A stretch of 64,000 bases of DNA from Eledone cirrhosa (taxonomy: Eukaryota), in the NCBI GenBank assembly GCA_964016885.1, contig OZ024747.1, positions 45,818,001 to 45,882,000 of the forward strand. Direction: 5' to 3'. The notes below the pieces were generated by a model. That model did no database searches. It saw only the letters and a program-made list of their open reading frames with translations, and was not told the origin of the DNA. The translations under genes and the position numbers were made by a program. Positions 1-12,543 of the stretch are shown here, in pieces. How positions within the stretch are numbered: position 1 is the first letter of the stretch; each line of letters begins with the position of its first letter.

Positions 1-139
1 AGTTATAAATTATAACTCATAAATGTGAAATTTAAAGATGATAGCATATATATATATATATATATATTAAATACATTAACAATATCGCTTATATTTAATA
101 CATTAAGAATATCGCTTAAAGCTTTCTCTGTTAATGTAT

Positions 140-197
<58 letters not shown>

Positions 198-371
198 ATA
201 CATTAACAGCTTTAAGCGATATTCTGACCAACTCCATCTCACTCAACAAACATTAGGATATACCTAAGTATTCTCCCAATTTAGTGTTTGGGGTGCTAAC
301 TATATAGTATTTCGTGGAAAGTTGGTTGTATTATTTTATATGAGACATAATTAAATAAATCTTTCTTTCTT

Positions 372-494
372 TCCATACGATCGTTTCGTTATAAGATTTC
401 TACAATTTGGGATAAATAATGTCCAAGTTATGTAGAAACTTGTATATAATCGATAGAAATACACACAAGCGGGCCCTTATAACTCATCAGTGGA
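372..494 (-). ncRNA. Type I hammerhead ribozyme motif with palindromic stem III
   Basis: Minus strand reads TCCA-CTGATGA-GTTATAAG...(80 nt)...CTTATAAC-GAAA-CGATCG-TA-TGGA. Stem I is TCCA/TGGA, stem II is 8 bp, stem III is the self-complementary ACGATCGT, and the cleavage triplet is GUA. It lies in an island (~195-690) flanked by (TA)n. Confidence 0.85.
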
Positions 495-924
495 TGACCA
501 TGCAATATCGATATAAAAAATTACATCGATATTAATAATTAGTGATGGTCTCCGTCAGTGCTAGAAGGACAGCTAAATTTGAAAAGCCAGTAGTCCTTCA
601 AAAATAAAATCCACACTGTCCCCAAAAGGGAAAGGAGAGGTAATCGTAAAATATAAAGTAATATACACGCTGGTCATTGAAGCCTGTTATATATATATAT
701 ATATGCTATCAAATGTGTTGATTCTGCTATGAAAAAAAAGACAGTTAGATATGTGTGTGTGTGTATTTATTAATATATATACATATATGCATATATATGT
801 GCGCTTATATATGCACGAAAGAGGTTAACAGCCCCTTAATATACTTTCGTAAATCTTGGCCATTGGAGATATGATAAAAAAAAAAGTATCAGCCTTTATT
901 TAACAAATTTAACGGTGAACACAC

Positions 925-1405
925 TTTTATTTCATTGTGTGCATGTCGTATCGAATGAATATAAACACATACACGTACACTAGGCCCGAACTCCCACTGT
1001 CATCACCTCCATCTCTCTCGCCATCCCCATCTCTCACTATTATGAGCAAATGGGGTCCCACACGCTGGCCGCTCCACGACTCTGTTGGACAGAATGGAGA
1101 AGGCGTTTCCCCGGGGATGGTGAAGGCCATTCCATCTCGCGAGGCTCACACCTGCGGATCGCCAGCTCAGTGCATATGGTGGTAGCCCTAGGGTGAAGGA
1201 TATCAGAAGTCTCCACTGCTTGGGGCTCGACTGCAAACCTGTCGGAGAGCGACCGATACTTGGAGACTTTACCCTTCTCAGTCCGAAGTGCAGCAGAGCC
1301 TTAGTTAATCACCGACTGCACCAGGTTGCCGCAAGAGAATGTGTCACTGCTTCTGGCGTCCCAGACGAGGGGTTGACCACCACGGAACGGGAAGATGGTC
1401 GTGCC
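925..1405 (-). mobile_element. 3' fragment of CRE-like (restriction-like endonuclease) non-LTR retrotransposon, degenerate
   Basis: Minus strand translates GTTIFPFRGGQPLVWDARSSDTF...KYRSLSDRFAVEPQAVETS...RGNAFSIL, with a stop and frameshifts. The 3' UTR is shared with the copies at 23.6, 29.7 and 40.9 kb. Confidence 0.75.
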
Positions 1406-3754
1406 AATTTAACAACTTATAGTAAATGTTATTGTTTCCAATAAGTCTTCTTATTTTTGATACAACCGTACAACATTTTTTTCTGTTAGTATCTTAGTAT
1501 CATGTCTCAACCCCTATTTCTATCTAAATTTAAGATATATGCTCCCCTTTAAGTACCGTCACGGTAGACTGACTTTCTGAAAAACGACCGATATATTAAA
1601 ACCTTTAGATCTCTGTGACAGTGTAGCCAGAACTATAATTAAGGAGTGGCATTCTCTAAAAAGGATTATATCACCACTTGACTGCCCCTACCTCCTCCCC
1701 AACATTCACTAGCAAAAAGTTAACATCAGGTGCCATTCCAGGACTGCCTCATACTTATATAACATTTTTGCAGGTGGTCCCCGAATCGAATTTTCTATTT
1801 TCTTTTCCCTATCTTCCATTATATGTTTGGGTTCAAAGTAATCCTGTTAAGTAATTCTGTGGATGACGCCTGATGAGATCGTCCTGTCTTGTATCATAAT
1901 TGGATGATGGAGCTGGGTCATCGAAATACACATAATTAAAATTCTAAAGCAGTTCGGACTTCTGTTGTTATTTGAATGAATGCTTTACTCCATTCCTGCA
2001 CCAGCCACTGGATACCACATCTACGATAGATTGCATAACGTTGAGTGTTTTACTTAATTTGTTGCACCACAGAAACACAAGTTCTACCCATTGGTAATCA
2101 AACTAACTTAAATGTATGTTTATGTTTTTAGCATCAATTCTCTCATTTAGCGATCATAGAGCAACAGAATCCTTATATGTCGATCTCTTTTAATATGTGT
2201 GTGTATATATTTATACACACACACACATATATATATATTTATGTTTATATATGTCTATATTAACTCTACCACTAATTTTGTGTTTTTTTTGCCAATAATT
2301 TTTATAATAAACACCATTAACTGTCCTGTTTGAAGACCCCTAGTTATGTTCATTTCTCTCTAAACTCATCTAGATATTGACAAGTGTTTGACAATTACTA
2401 ATTACACAAGAATGACATTCAGCTTACCACATTTCTCTTTCTTTTCTTGATATCAGCATCTACAATTCTCCCTGGAAAACAGTTAAAAAACAAAATATAT
2501 AGAACCAGTATTGAAAGTAGATAATTAAATGAGTCTCAAAAACTCTTTGCTTTTCTTAAGACTTTATTTTTGAAACAATGACAAAAGAAGTTCTCAGGGC
2601 ATCTGTGTTCATGAGTATGCCATTTGCAAAGTGATGAAAGATCTGTGATGTCTTGTGAAGAAGAGTTCCACAACAAAGGGAGAGAAGGGACGAGCCTATA
2701 CAAGTCGTATTCCTCTAATAATGATGATCTTAGTTGCCCATTTATGATGCTCATTTATTCCCGTGGTAGAGTCATCAGACATGCTTTCCAGCGATGGTGA
2801 TTGCAGAATTTAAACTGCAGCTTTGCCTGCTTCACTTCCTTATGCTTTTGAATTTAGATCATCACTATACCGATTGACTTACCTCATATAGTGAATTTAG
2901 ACTGTTTGAATGCCTGGACCCATTACTTCTCATAGAGATTTATAGGTGCCTTAGTTACATACAGTATGACATAGTTATTTAAACTTGGCAGAGACTCCCC
3001 CATCCCTTCATATCTGAGCACAGCCAATTTTTTCCAGAGAAGGAGAGAAAGAGGAAGTGAGGAAGAGATATAGAGAAATAATCGACCCCTGTACTCGAAT
3101 GCTGCTTTTTTCATTTACTACACGCAGAAAAATAAAATGAAAGGTAATTTGACATAAATGGGATTTGAACTCAGAATCAAACAGCTGGAACGAATAACCC
3201 AAAGCATTATATTAACCATTCTAGCGACTCAGCCAATTTGTGTCCTAGAATTTAGGTTAGATCCTCACTATACTAATTCCATCACCCACCTTATATAGTG
3301 GAATTTAAACTCCACTATACCAATTCCATCACTTTATATTGTAGAATTTAGACTCCACTCTACCAACTTGCCTGATGTACCCAGTAGTATTTATAACTCC
3401 ACTTTACTCACAACATTGCTTTATATCCTGTCATTTAGTATACCAATCTACCAACTTCCTCACCCTCTTATAATGTGTCAGTATAACAAAAATAATCAAT
3501 ATTTTGAAAGCAAAATTTATCTGAATTTTAAATGACTTAAATAATCAATGACTCATTCAATGAACCAATTAATTAGTTAATTACATTACACCGATAAAAA
3601 TAAATAATTCCACACCACCACAAAATTGACAGCAGTTTACCCATATTGCAATCATCATAATTGTCATCTTCATCATCACTATCATCATTATCATTGTCAC
3701 CATCAAATCCACCATCATTACCATGTCTATTCTCAGCACCATTCAAAATCCACT

Positions 3755-3934
3755 TGGTAGTATCGTAGAGGGTCGGACGCCATGCTTTGCAGCACAGTTA
3801 CGTCCCTTTACGGACTGAGTTCAAATCCCGCCGAGGTTAACTTTGCCTTTCATCCTTATGGGGTCGATAAAATAAAGTACCAGTAACACACTGGGATAAT
3901 TGCTGGCCTTGTGCCAAAAGTAGAAACAATTATT
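3755..3934 (+). mobile_element. tRNA-derived SINE, family A
   Basis: B-box-like GAGTTCAAATCCC, central GCCTTTCATCCTTA(C/T)GGGGTCGATAAAATAAAGTACCAGT and tail GTAGAAACAATTATT; more than 20 copies in the window. Confidence 0.85.
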
Positions 3935-5362
3935 TACACCAGTGATAGTGATACTTTAAATTCAGTTTTGCTCCACTGGTATGAGTTAAACAGGAATAAT
4001 TTGTTTACATACCCAACACTTTTGATATTTCATCCATGCAGTCCCAAAACTCTGATATCCAACTTCTGACCTCATCAATCTCCTGCAGAGTTAATGCAGC
4101 ATACCCAAATGGTTTGAAGTTTGCTTTGCAGTCATTAGGTCCCAGGTTCATTTATAAGGCATGACATATTTGGCAGGTGTCATTGACCATTGCCTTATGA
4201 GTGAAAGTGGGTAGATGGAATCTGTTTGGAAGCCCATTGGATAGACTGTAATGGTAATTCTAAAAGCCAGCTTTGTAACACAGTATGTCATATTGAATCA
4301 TTAGAGAATTGTGTTAATAGAACAGTGCCTGTAGATGCTCAGTAACATATATTTTGATTTCATGAGTAGGCTGCTCAAACAACTGGAAAACTCATAATTG
4401 AAACTAATAGTAATCCCTCATCCACCTATTAACTAGGTTGTTATTGTTGATATTTAACTGCAGGTCAACCCTGATAGAGCAGAATTATGATCAAAAGCCT
4501 TCCAACTGTGACCATCTTAACATTTTTAGACTGTAGGATGTGATTTGAGGAAGATTTTACTATTTCCAGTGGGATAAATTATCACATAGTGGCACCCAAA
4601 GAAATTTTATTTCAATCCTATTTGCTCTTCATCACTATTGGATAAATATAAATATTTCTTTACATTGGAGTCATTTATTTATTCTTTATTTAGGCACTAG
4701 GCCAACAAATATTTTGCTTAAAGGCAATGTTGATTAACTCAACTTCAGTATTTGAACTCAGAATGTGAAGAGCCAGAAAAAGCACTGCAATAACATTTTA
4801 TTAACTGCTCTACCAATTCTGCCAGTCCCCACTCTTTATATATGGTATATATTAACAACTAGGTTGATGTTGCTTAGCTTTAGCTTTAGTAGATCTTTGA
4901 TGAAAGGCATTCCAACCATGACCACCCTGTATTTTAGGACTATATCAATTTTATCATGTATTTAAGACAAGTAGGTTATGCTTTGAGGAAGATGTGTCTG
5001 CTAATTCTAACACTGGCAGGTTTTATGTAGAAGGTCTGTATATTGAGCCAATTAGTGGTTAGTGGCCTTGGTCAAAGAAACTGTAAAACTACCATGAGGT
5101 TATGAAAGATTGAGCTTGTTTTCTAGTTATCAGATTTCCAATTAATTTGGCCACCTGTGACATCTCCAGAAATTTCTTTCTATTACTAACTCGTTTACAG
5201 GATATGGCAGAGTTGTTACAGAGTTGTTACAGTTAATTCTGCCTTTTATTCTTCTAAGATCAATAAAATAAAGTACCAGTCAAGTATTGAGGATTGACTT
5301 TCCCCTCCTCACAAACTGCAAACCTTGTACCTAAATTAGAAATCATTATTTACATTTTTGCA

Positions 5363-5531
5363 GTAGAGGGTCGGACGCCATGTTTTCCAGCATAGTTACG
5401 TCCCTTTACGATCTGAGTTCAAATCCCGCCGAGGTTGACTTTGCCTTTCATCCTTACGGGGTCGATAAAATAAAGTACCAGTAATGCACTGGGTAATTGC
5501 TGGCCTTGTGCCTAAAGTAGAAACAATTATT
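5363..5531 (+). mobile_element. SINE family A, young copy with 18-bp TSD
   Basis: ATTATTTACATTTTTGCA is duplicated at 5345-5362 and 5526-5543; the copy is inserted at the tail of an older degenerate copy. Confidence 0.9.
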
Positions 5532-5656
5532 TACATTTTTGCAATCTCATCAGAGTTTTTATTAGCTCCTTAAAAGTTGAAGCTAGTTATTTCTACCTTT
5601 AATTCCTAATTTCTTTTCTTATATCATGTGGAGTTTTTCTTTTATGAGTTTGTAGT

Positions 5657-5770
5657 AATAGTTGTTTCTTCTTTTGGCACAAGGCCAGCAATTATTCCAG
5701 TGCATTACTGGTACTTTATTTTATCGGCCCCGTAAGGATGAAAGGCAAAGTTAACCCTGGCGGGATTTGA
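5657..5770 (-). mobile_element. SINE family A, 5'-truncated
   Basis: Reverse complement of the 3' half of the family A consensus. Confidence 0.8.
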
Positions 5771-6018
5771 AATAGTAAGTTGTCTTCAGGGTGATATTGT
5801 GGAATCAAGTAGAGATCTTAGTTTAAATATTTCATTTTCTGACTTATTACGCTGGTAATATCTGGTCAGGTCATCCCCAAATTCAGAGCTTCACCAGCAT
5901 AACATGCTCTTAATACAGAAAATCTGCAAATGCAGAGTGGAGGACCATGCAATGCAGCACTGCCTTGTTTGCCCTCTACTACCCAACCAGTGCAGCTTAA
6001 AAGATATTGCAGAATTTA

Positions 6019-6206
6019 ATAATAATTGTTTCTACTTTAGGCACAAGGCCAGCAATTATCCAGTGCATTACTGGTACTTTATTTTATCGACCCCGTAAGG
6101 ATGAAAGGCAAAGTCAACCTCGGCGGGATTTGAACTCAGATCGTAAAGGGACGTAACTATGCTGGAAAGCATGGCGTCCGACCCTCTACCGATACTGCCA
6201 ATCCAC
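6019..6206 (-). mobile_element. SINE family A, near full length
   Basis: Near-identical to the copies at 32139-32324 and 51960-52138. Confidence 0.9.
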
Positions 6207-8009
6207 GCAAAGGACTGTGTAAAGAAATGGGAAACTGTCATATAACCACATGCTTCGAAGATACGAAAAGAAGAAGAATACAGAAAATAAATAAAATATT
6301 GTGGTTATTGCTTAAGAGTTAGAGGATGTTTAGTAGATTAGATATTTTTGAGTTCCTATTATGATTGAAATGGATATTTGGTCCAGCTTAATTCTCTGTA
6401 GATTCCTTAATATCAGGTGAAGATAACATCATAAACATTCAGCAATGTTGTGTCTATAAATACTGGATACACACCACAGCACAACAATGTGCATTTGATA
6501 TGTACTTAATATCTACAGTCTGATTCATTTAGTTTTTGAACAATATCTAATGATCTAAAATATTCTATTGATAATATTTTTCATTCAAAACTTAGAAAAT
6601 ATTAATCCTTGCTCTGCAGTTGTAGAAATTTTAAAGAAAGATCTATTTATTTTAAGTTGTAGACATCAAACTCGGAGAAAAGTCTCTAAAAATTCCTTAT
6701 TCACTTATTTATGCTTGTTCATGCAGAAAAGACTTATCCAATATGACAAAAGTGGACAGGCTTAAGAGAAGCTTAAATAGTGAAAGTACTTATCTTGTAA
6801 TATACTGTGCTATACTATGGTTTTAATATGATTTCTGTTGACAGAAATGCTGAATTTAGTGAATTGATGTAAATATATTTACATGATATCCTTCTTAAAA
6901 ATATCTAATTCACTTTATATAAAAGTTGGTTGGAAATAAAGTTTTAGTGGGCTGAATGTTACTACAATTGTAATAAATTTATCTATTTATTTCTTTATTT
7001 CATATCAGAAATATGAAAATACTGACAAGTGCATATATTTTGTATCTGTCTTCACTTTAGATTGAGATGAAAATTACTGAAATTGTCTTCTCTTAAATGG
7101 ACATTTTTCAATTTCAAAAGCTATTGAATGTAATCTTTAATCTAATAAATATGCCAGGCCTAACAATTTCAGTCATGTAATTTTTTCCTCTTAATGTGTA
7201 GTTCAGCTGGTACACATATAAATCTATGTCTCCTTAATGATATGTGCTCTTTATTCATTCTAAATTACTGTCAGGAGGGACAATAGCTGTTCCACAAAAT
7301 GGTACTTTTATATGAATATCTGAAAAATAAAAAATAACGTGACATGAACCTAAAAAAAAATAATAATTGAAAAACAAAATCTAAAAAAAATAAAACATCT
7401 GCATGCCATATTTAATTTGCATTTTCCTTTCCAAAATTGATTAAAAGCAAAGAGGTGTGATTCAAAATAATCTATGTCTATTCTCTGAAGTTAACTCCTT
7501 AAAATCTATTTTATTGATGCCTATGTCATTATACACAGATTTGTTTATATTAGCTGAATTGTTATAAAAGTACTTGTTTTGAAGCTGAACAATAAACGGA
7601 AAATAAATTGAGCCTCAATTAATCTCTCTGATTACTAAATACAAAGTATATGTATATCAATCTTCGTGTTTATTTCTTGTCTTTTAATAAAATATAAGAA
7701 ACTATAAGATACTAGGACTTATATCACCCAGCTCACCCTGTAGAGTGGTAGTGTTGGTGCCATGAGAAAATGCATTCAATCTACTTTGCAAAGTAATAGT
7801 GTTACTCCCACAAAAGAACTGTTCCCAGTACATTCTATAAGGCTATTGGTATTATGAAGGACATATCCAACCATAGAAACCATGTCAAATATGGAACATA
7901 TGAGCAAGACATAGTCACCTAATCAGTCAACCCCCAGAATGTGACAACCTGTCTAACCCATGCCAGAATTGAAAGTGGACATTAAAATGATGATGATGTT
8001 GATAATGAT

Positions 8010-8209
8010 AATTGTTTCTACTTTTGGCACAAGGCCAGCAATTACCCAGTACCTTACTGGTACTTTATTTTATCGACCCCGTAAGGATGAAAGGCAAAGT
8101 TGACCTCGGCGGGATTTGAACTGGCTTGCTGTCCAGGGAGAAGTCTTGTACTCTCAGAATCTATGCGTCAAAGCATCACGTCCGACCCTCTACTGATACT
8201 GCCAATCCA
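8010..8209 (-). mobile_element. SINE family A with 19-bp TSD and an internal foreign insert
   Basis: TGATGTTGATAATGATAAT occurs at 7994-8012 and 8212-8230. Segment 8120-8158 is an inverted copy of 8395-8433. Confidence 0.85.
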
Positions 8210-8324
8210 GCTGATGTTGATAATGATAATGAGAATACATGTAAAAACAGAACAATAGTAGCAGAGATTAACCCAATCTAAGAACTCTTGGTAGACCACT
8301 GTGTTGATTGTGACTAAAAGTCTA

Positions 8325-8609
8325 AGTTAAAAGTTTGTCTTAAGCCAGAAGGCTCGTTAGGCCAGCGCTTATCCTGGCTTCATGGCATGGAGCGTCTGAG
8401 AGTACAAGACTTCTCCCTGGACAGCATGCCAGTCTATCGCAGAGTTAAACCCCCAGCTATTGCTGGTACTCATTTTCAGGAAAGTATACTGAAGCAACAT
8501 GAAATGAAGTGTGTTGCTCAAGAGCACAACACACAACCCAGCTCAGGAATTGAACCCATGGCATCATGATCATAAGCCCAACACCCTTACCTCTAAGCCG
8601 CATGCCTCC
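8325..8609 (-). mobile_element. tRNA-derived SINE, family B (CORE-like centre)
   Basis: Minus strand has head GGAGGCATGCGGCTTAGAGGTAAGG, B-box GGTTCAATTCC and CORE-like TGTTGTGCTCTTGAGCAACACACTTCATTTC. Confidence 0.7.
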
Positions 8610-9974
8610 ACATAATTGATTATGACATTCACTCCAAACCATCATTGACTGCGAGAACTTAATGGACTTCAAATAAACAGAGCTGCAGAGTTTGAAAGAA
8701 AACTGGAGAAGTAGAAAAACCTACCTGTTTGAAATCAAACATGGTATTCCTGCAAACAGTGATGATTTGGTGTACATGTTATGTGCAGGTCTTGCACTAC
8801 TGTTTCATCAGATTTACAGTCAAGAGATCTTGAAGCAATTAATACTTAAGGAAACCGTAAATATTAGCTTAAGTCAATGAAACAGAATAAATCAGTTTAG
8901 ATGTATCAGTGAACCTAATACAATTGAAATTCTCATGTTCTGACTTGACTGACTACAAGTATACAATTTTTGTAAAATATTCTCATTTTCTGAAATACAC
9001 CTGTATATACTTCTACAGAAATAATCTCTCCACAAATATCCCTGCTTATACAGATCTTATGATGAAGAACCAATTATTGGAGATCTATATCATATCACTA
9101 TGTGATAATATTAGTAAGCTAATAAAAAGAAAAAATATGAACACAACAATAATTTTACTTCTTCAATTTGATGTAAAATTAGTATTTTCATTGTGAGGGC
9201 TGATAAAAGCTCTCTGTCAATATTTAAAATCATTAATACTGATCAATAATCTTCAGCCATTTCACTATAAAAATAAACTCCATTGTAGTACAAGGGTTAT
9301 TTATGAAGGAGGGTACAATGTTGAAACACTTGCCAAAAGATACTATGCCTAATCAATATACTTCTATTGACTGCTAATTTAGAAAACAGTGTCTATTTGT
9401 CTGTTTTTGTGTATCTTTATCTATCTTTATCTATCTATGAAATTTGAAAATTTACTTGCCACAATGCAAACAATTATAATAATAGTTAATGTAGAGAGTG
9501 ATATATGGCTAAATAATACAAAATGGACATAAGATGGTGACAAAAAAGTAAGTTACCTGGATATCTTTGGTTTGCTTTATTTGTGGTTGCTGTTATTTCT
9601 TGCGTCCTAATATTTTAGGACTTAAAATTCTCAATTCCCTTCTAAGGAACTCTCAGAGAAAAATGTTCTGGTTTCTTCTCTTTGGAATTAAATTTAAATA
9701 ATAATAATTGTATAAATCAAGTAAAGTATCCCTGAAATTGGAAAAAAGTGGACAAATATGTCTGCAGGGAATTGAACCCCCACAACTTACATATGCCAGA
9801 TGAAGGTATTCAACCATTACCTCTGGCTGTTAATTACCATCCTTTTAGAATGCACTCACTTGGTATACAAGAAATCCTCAGTTCAATTGCTTGCAAGTTC
9901 TCTGTCCACATTTTTCCATCTCCAGGGATCCTTTTTTAGATTTATACAATTATTTATAGTTATCTGCATCATGC

Positions 9975-10841
9975 TTGGTGACAGAAGACTTCCTGTAGAT
10001 AGCAAGGGAGCTATGGATATAAGTCTCATAGGCCCAATAGTGGAATCATTACTCCATCTCATAGTAAAAAGTGTTCCTAATCTTGAATATCAGTTCACAG
10101 TTACAAGTGGCTCAGTGAAAGGGCTATATTGGCCCCAAAAAATGTGACTGAGAAATTGATAAATCAAAAGGTGTTAAAAAGAATTCCAAAGCTTCAAAGA
10201 TGTATCTATCTGTTGACACTGTGGTGGAACCGTCAGCAGCTGTCAATTACTGAACAGAGTTCCTCAAATCTTTAGGATCATCAGGATTGACTCCATGTCT
10301 CCTTCACCTTAAAGAATGTTATTGAGGAATTTGGACCTACCAACGCTATGTAATGGCACTTGATTATTTGTGAAAAATATGTATCCACACGTGATTCAAA
10401 TCACTATTTCAACAGGATGTGGTAGGGGGAGAGGATGTGTTCGTTCCAAGAATTCCTCTTATCCTCACTGATGTCCCATTTCAATTCAAACGACTTCAAT
10501 TTCCAGTGAGTCTTAGTTTTGCCATGACCATCAACAAATTACTAGGACAAACATTTTCAATTGCCAGTTTACGCCTTGAAGAGCCCTGCTTCCCCCATGG
10601 TCAACATTTTGTTGGATTTTCAAGAGTAGGAAGTCAGAAAAATCATTATATCTATGCACCAAATGGAAGCACAACAAACATTGTTTATACAAACATTAAA
10701 ATTGACCCAATTAATAAAGAAATCTGTCCTCATCGAAGGGACTATCCTTCGATGGAGACATAGTCTGACATGGAATAAAAAAATTGAAATACAGACATAC
10801 TATTGTGATTATTGCCAAGCAACGGCAGGCTACCCAGCTAG
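9975..10841 (+). mobile_element. Helitron 3' relic: PIF1-like helicase C-terminus (pseudogenised) and CTAG terminus
   Basis: Motifs WLSERAILAPKN, LLRNLD..LCNGT, VFVPRIPLI..PFQFKRLQFPVSLSFAMTINK..GQTF and HGQ..VGFSRVGS, with stops and frameshifts. Ends in GC-rich ...GCAACGGCAGGCTACCCAG-CTAG|T at 10838-10841. Confidence 0.9.
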
Positions 10842-10974
10842 TATATATATCATTTAACATATACACTTATACATGAAAAGTATATATATCCAAACAAATA
10901 TATGTCTGTATGACACACAGAGACACACACAGACATGTGTATGTATGTATATATAAATATATATATATATATAT

Positions 10975-11034
<60 letters not shown>

Positions 11035-11617
11035 AATGGGGAGATTAAATATCTCTCTATATCCATACCTAGACACATCACAAGCTGATAATGCTCTGTT
11101 AGGAAATATAGATTGACCCTGTACACTGAACCGATCCAAATAAAGGACAGAAAAAAGTCAAACGGTTAAAAAAGTGTGTTGGCTGGGATAGGGATTGAGG
11201 GTCTTGAATCAGAATGTATTTCACCTTTAGAAATAGCTTTTATAGAACCAGGCTAATGCTTTTGACTCTTATTTATTTATAAGAGTTTAATGGGAACCTA
11301 TTTCATTATTAGATTCATCAATGAGATTAGAGCCTAGGAACCTTTATATATAGGTCAAATTCTCTGGAATTTATTCAGATTATATTGAATGAAGGGCAAA
11401 GACAATTCTTCTGTCTCTCAAAATTAAGTAAATACAAAGAAAATCAAAGTCAAGTTTTGGCAAGATAAAGTATAAAGTATAAGGAGCTTAAAACAAACAG
11501 TATTTTGAATGTATTTTAAAAATAATGTAAACTGGTGTTGATAAAGTGTTGGATAAAATGCCTCCCAGTACATATTTAGTTTCATCCAGTCCTCTATGAT
11601 TTGAAATATATTGCTAA

Positions 11618-12188
11618 CTAGCAGTGGTACCCGGCGTTGCACGGGATAAGGTATTTTGAAACGCGGCCGCCAACAGACGTAATCGTGGAAAAAATGCATG
11701 CCTGGACACATATGTAAAAAAAATAAACCGAATACTCTGATGGCTGGATAATCTTTAAGATTTTCCTTGATGAAGCAGGAAAAATGCAGGTTTTCACCTT
11801 ATGGGATCAAGAAAATGAATTTTTTTATGTGCATAATATGCCTTTAAATTTCGGGAAAATCGGCTAGACGTAACACCTCAAAGAAGCCCTAAAAAGCTGA
11901 AAAAAGGAAGTTTTTCACCTAATGCGGGCCCTAGGCAATAAAAAAGTTGGATTTTCTCACGGTATGAAGAAGAGACTGACTAATACATAGTTACAATTTC
12001 AAGGAAATCGGTCTGACGTAAAGCCTCGAAAAAAACCAATAAAACCTGAAAAAACGCAGTTTACCTCTAATGCAGGCCCTAGGGGATCAAAAAGTTGAAT
12101 TTTATGTGCATAACACTCCCTGAAACATAAGTAATACACATGTAAAGTTTGAAAAAAATCGGTTGGGTTTTAGGGATTCAAATTCACA

Positions 12189-12233
<45 letters not shown>

Positions 12234-12543
12234 ACAGGCATCCTCAGGGAAGGGACGTAAGGCAGACAGACAGACATACAGACAGATATTATAAGGGCGC
12301 GACGTTGTATGTATGTATCTATCTAAAAAGAGAAAGACTAAGAATTATAGAGAGATATCGCTAAATAGCCTAATTCGGTCCCTAGCGCATTGAAAATTTG
12401 AAATTTGTTTTGCTCAGAACACTCCCGGAAACATAAGTATTACATGCTTAAAGTTTGAAAACAGTCGGTTGGGTGGTTCTCGAGTTTTAGGGATTCAAAC
12501 TCACACACACACAGACAGACATCCTCAGTTTTATATATATAGA
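11618..12543 (-). mobile_element. Non-autonomous Helitron, unit 1
   Basis: Minus strand starts TCTATATATATAAAA and ends CCCGTGCAACGCCGGGTACCACTG-CTAG|T (subterminal hairpin plus CTAG). It has internal degenerate repeats and (CA)n/(CAGA)n. Confidence 0.85.

Noticed and set aside
1861-1940. CTGATGA-GAT...ATC-GAAA hammerhead-like boxes
   Set aside because: No stem I partner or credible stem III/UH follows GAAA; at best a decayed relic.
2850-3440. Degenerate ~45-bp repeats (GAATTTAGACTCCACTATACC) with variable intervening sequence, superficially CRISPR-like
   Set aside because: Eukaryotic context, irregular and diverged units, and no cas genes; an old minisatellite.
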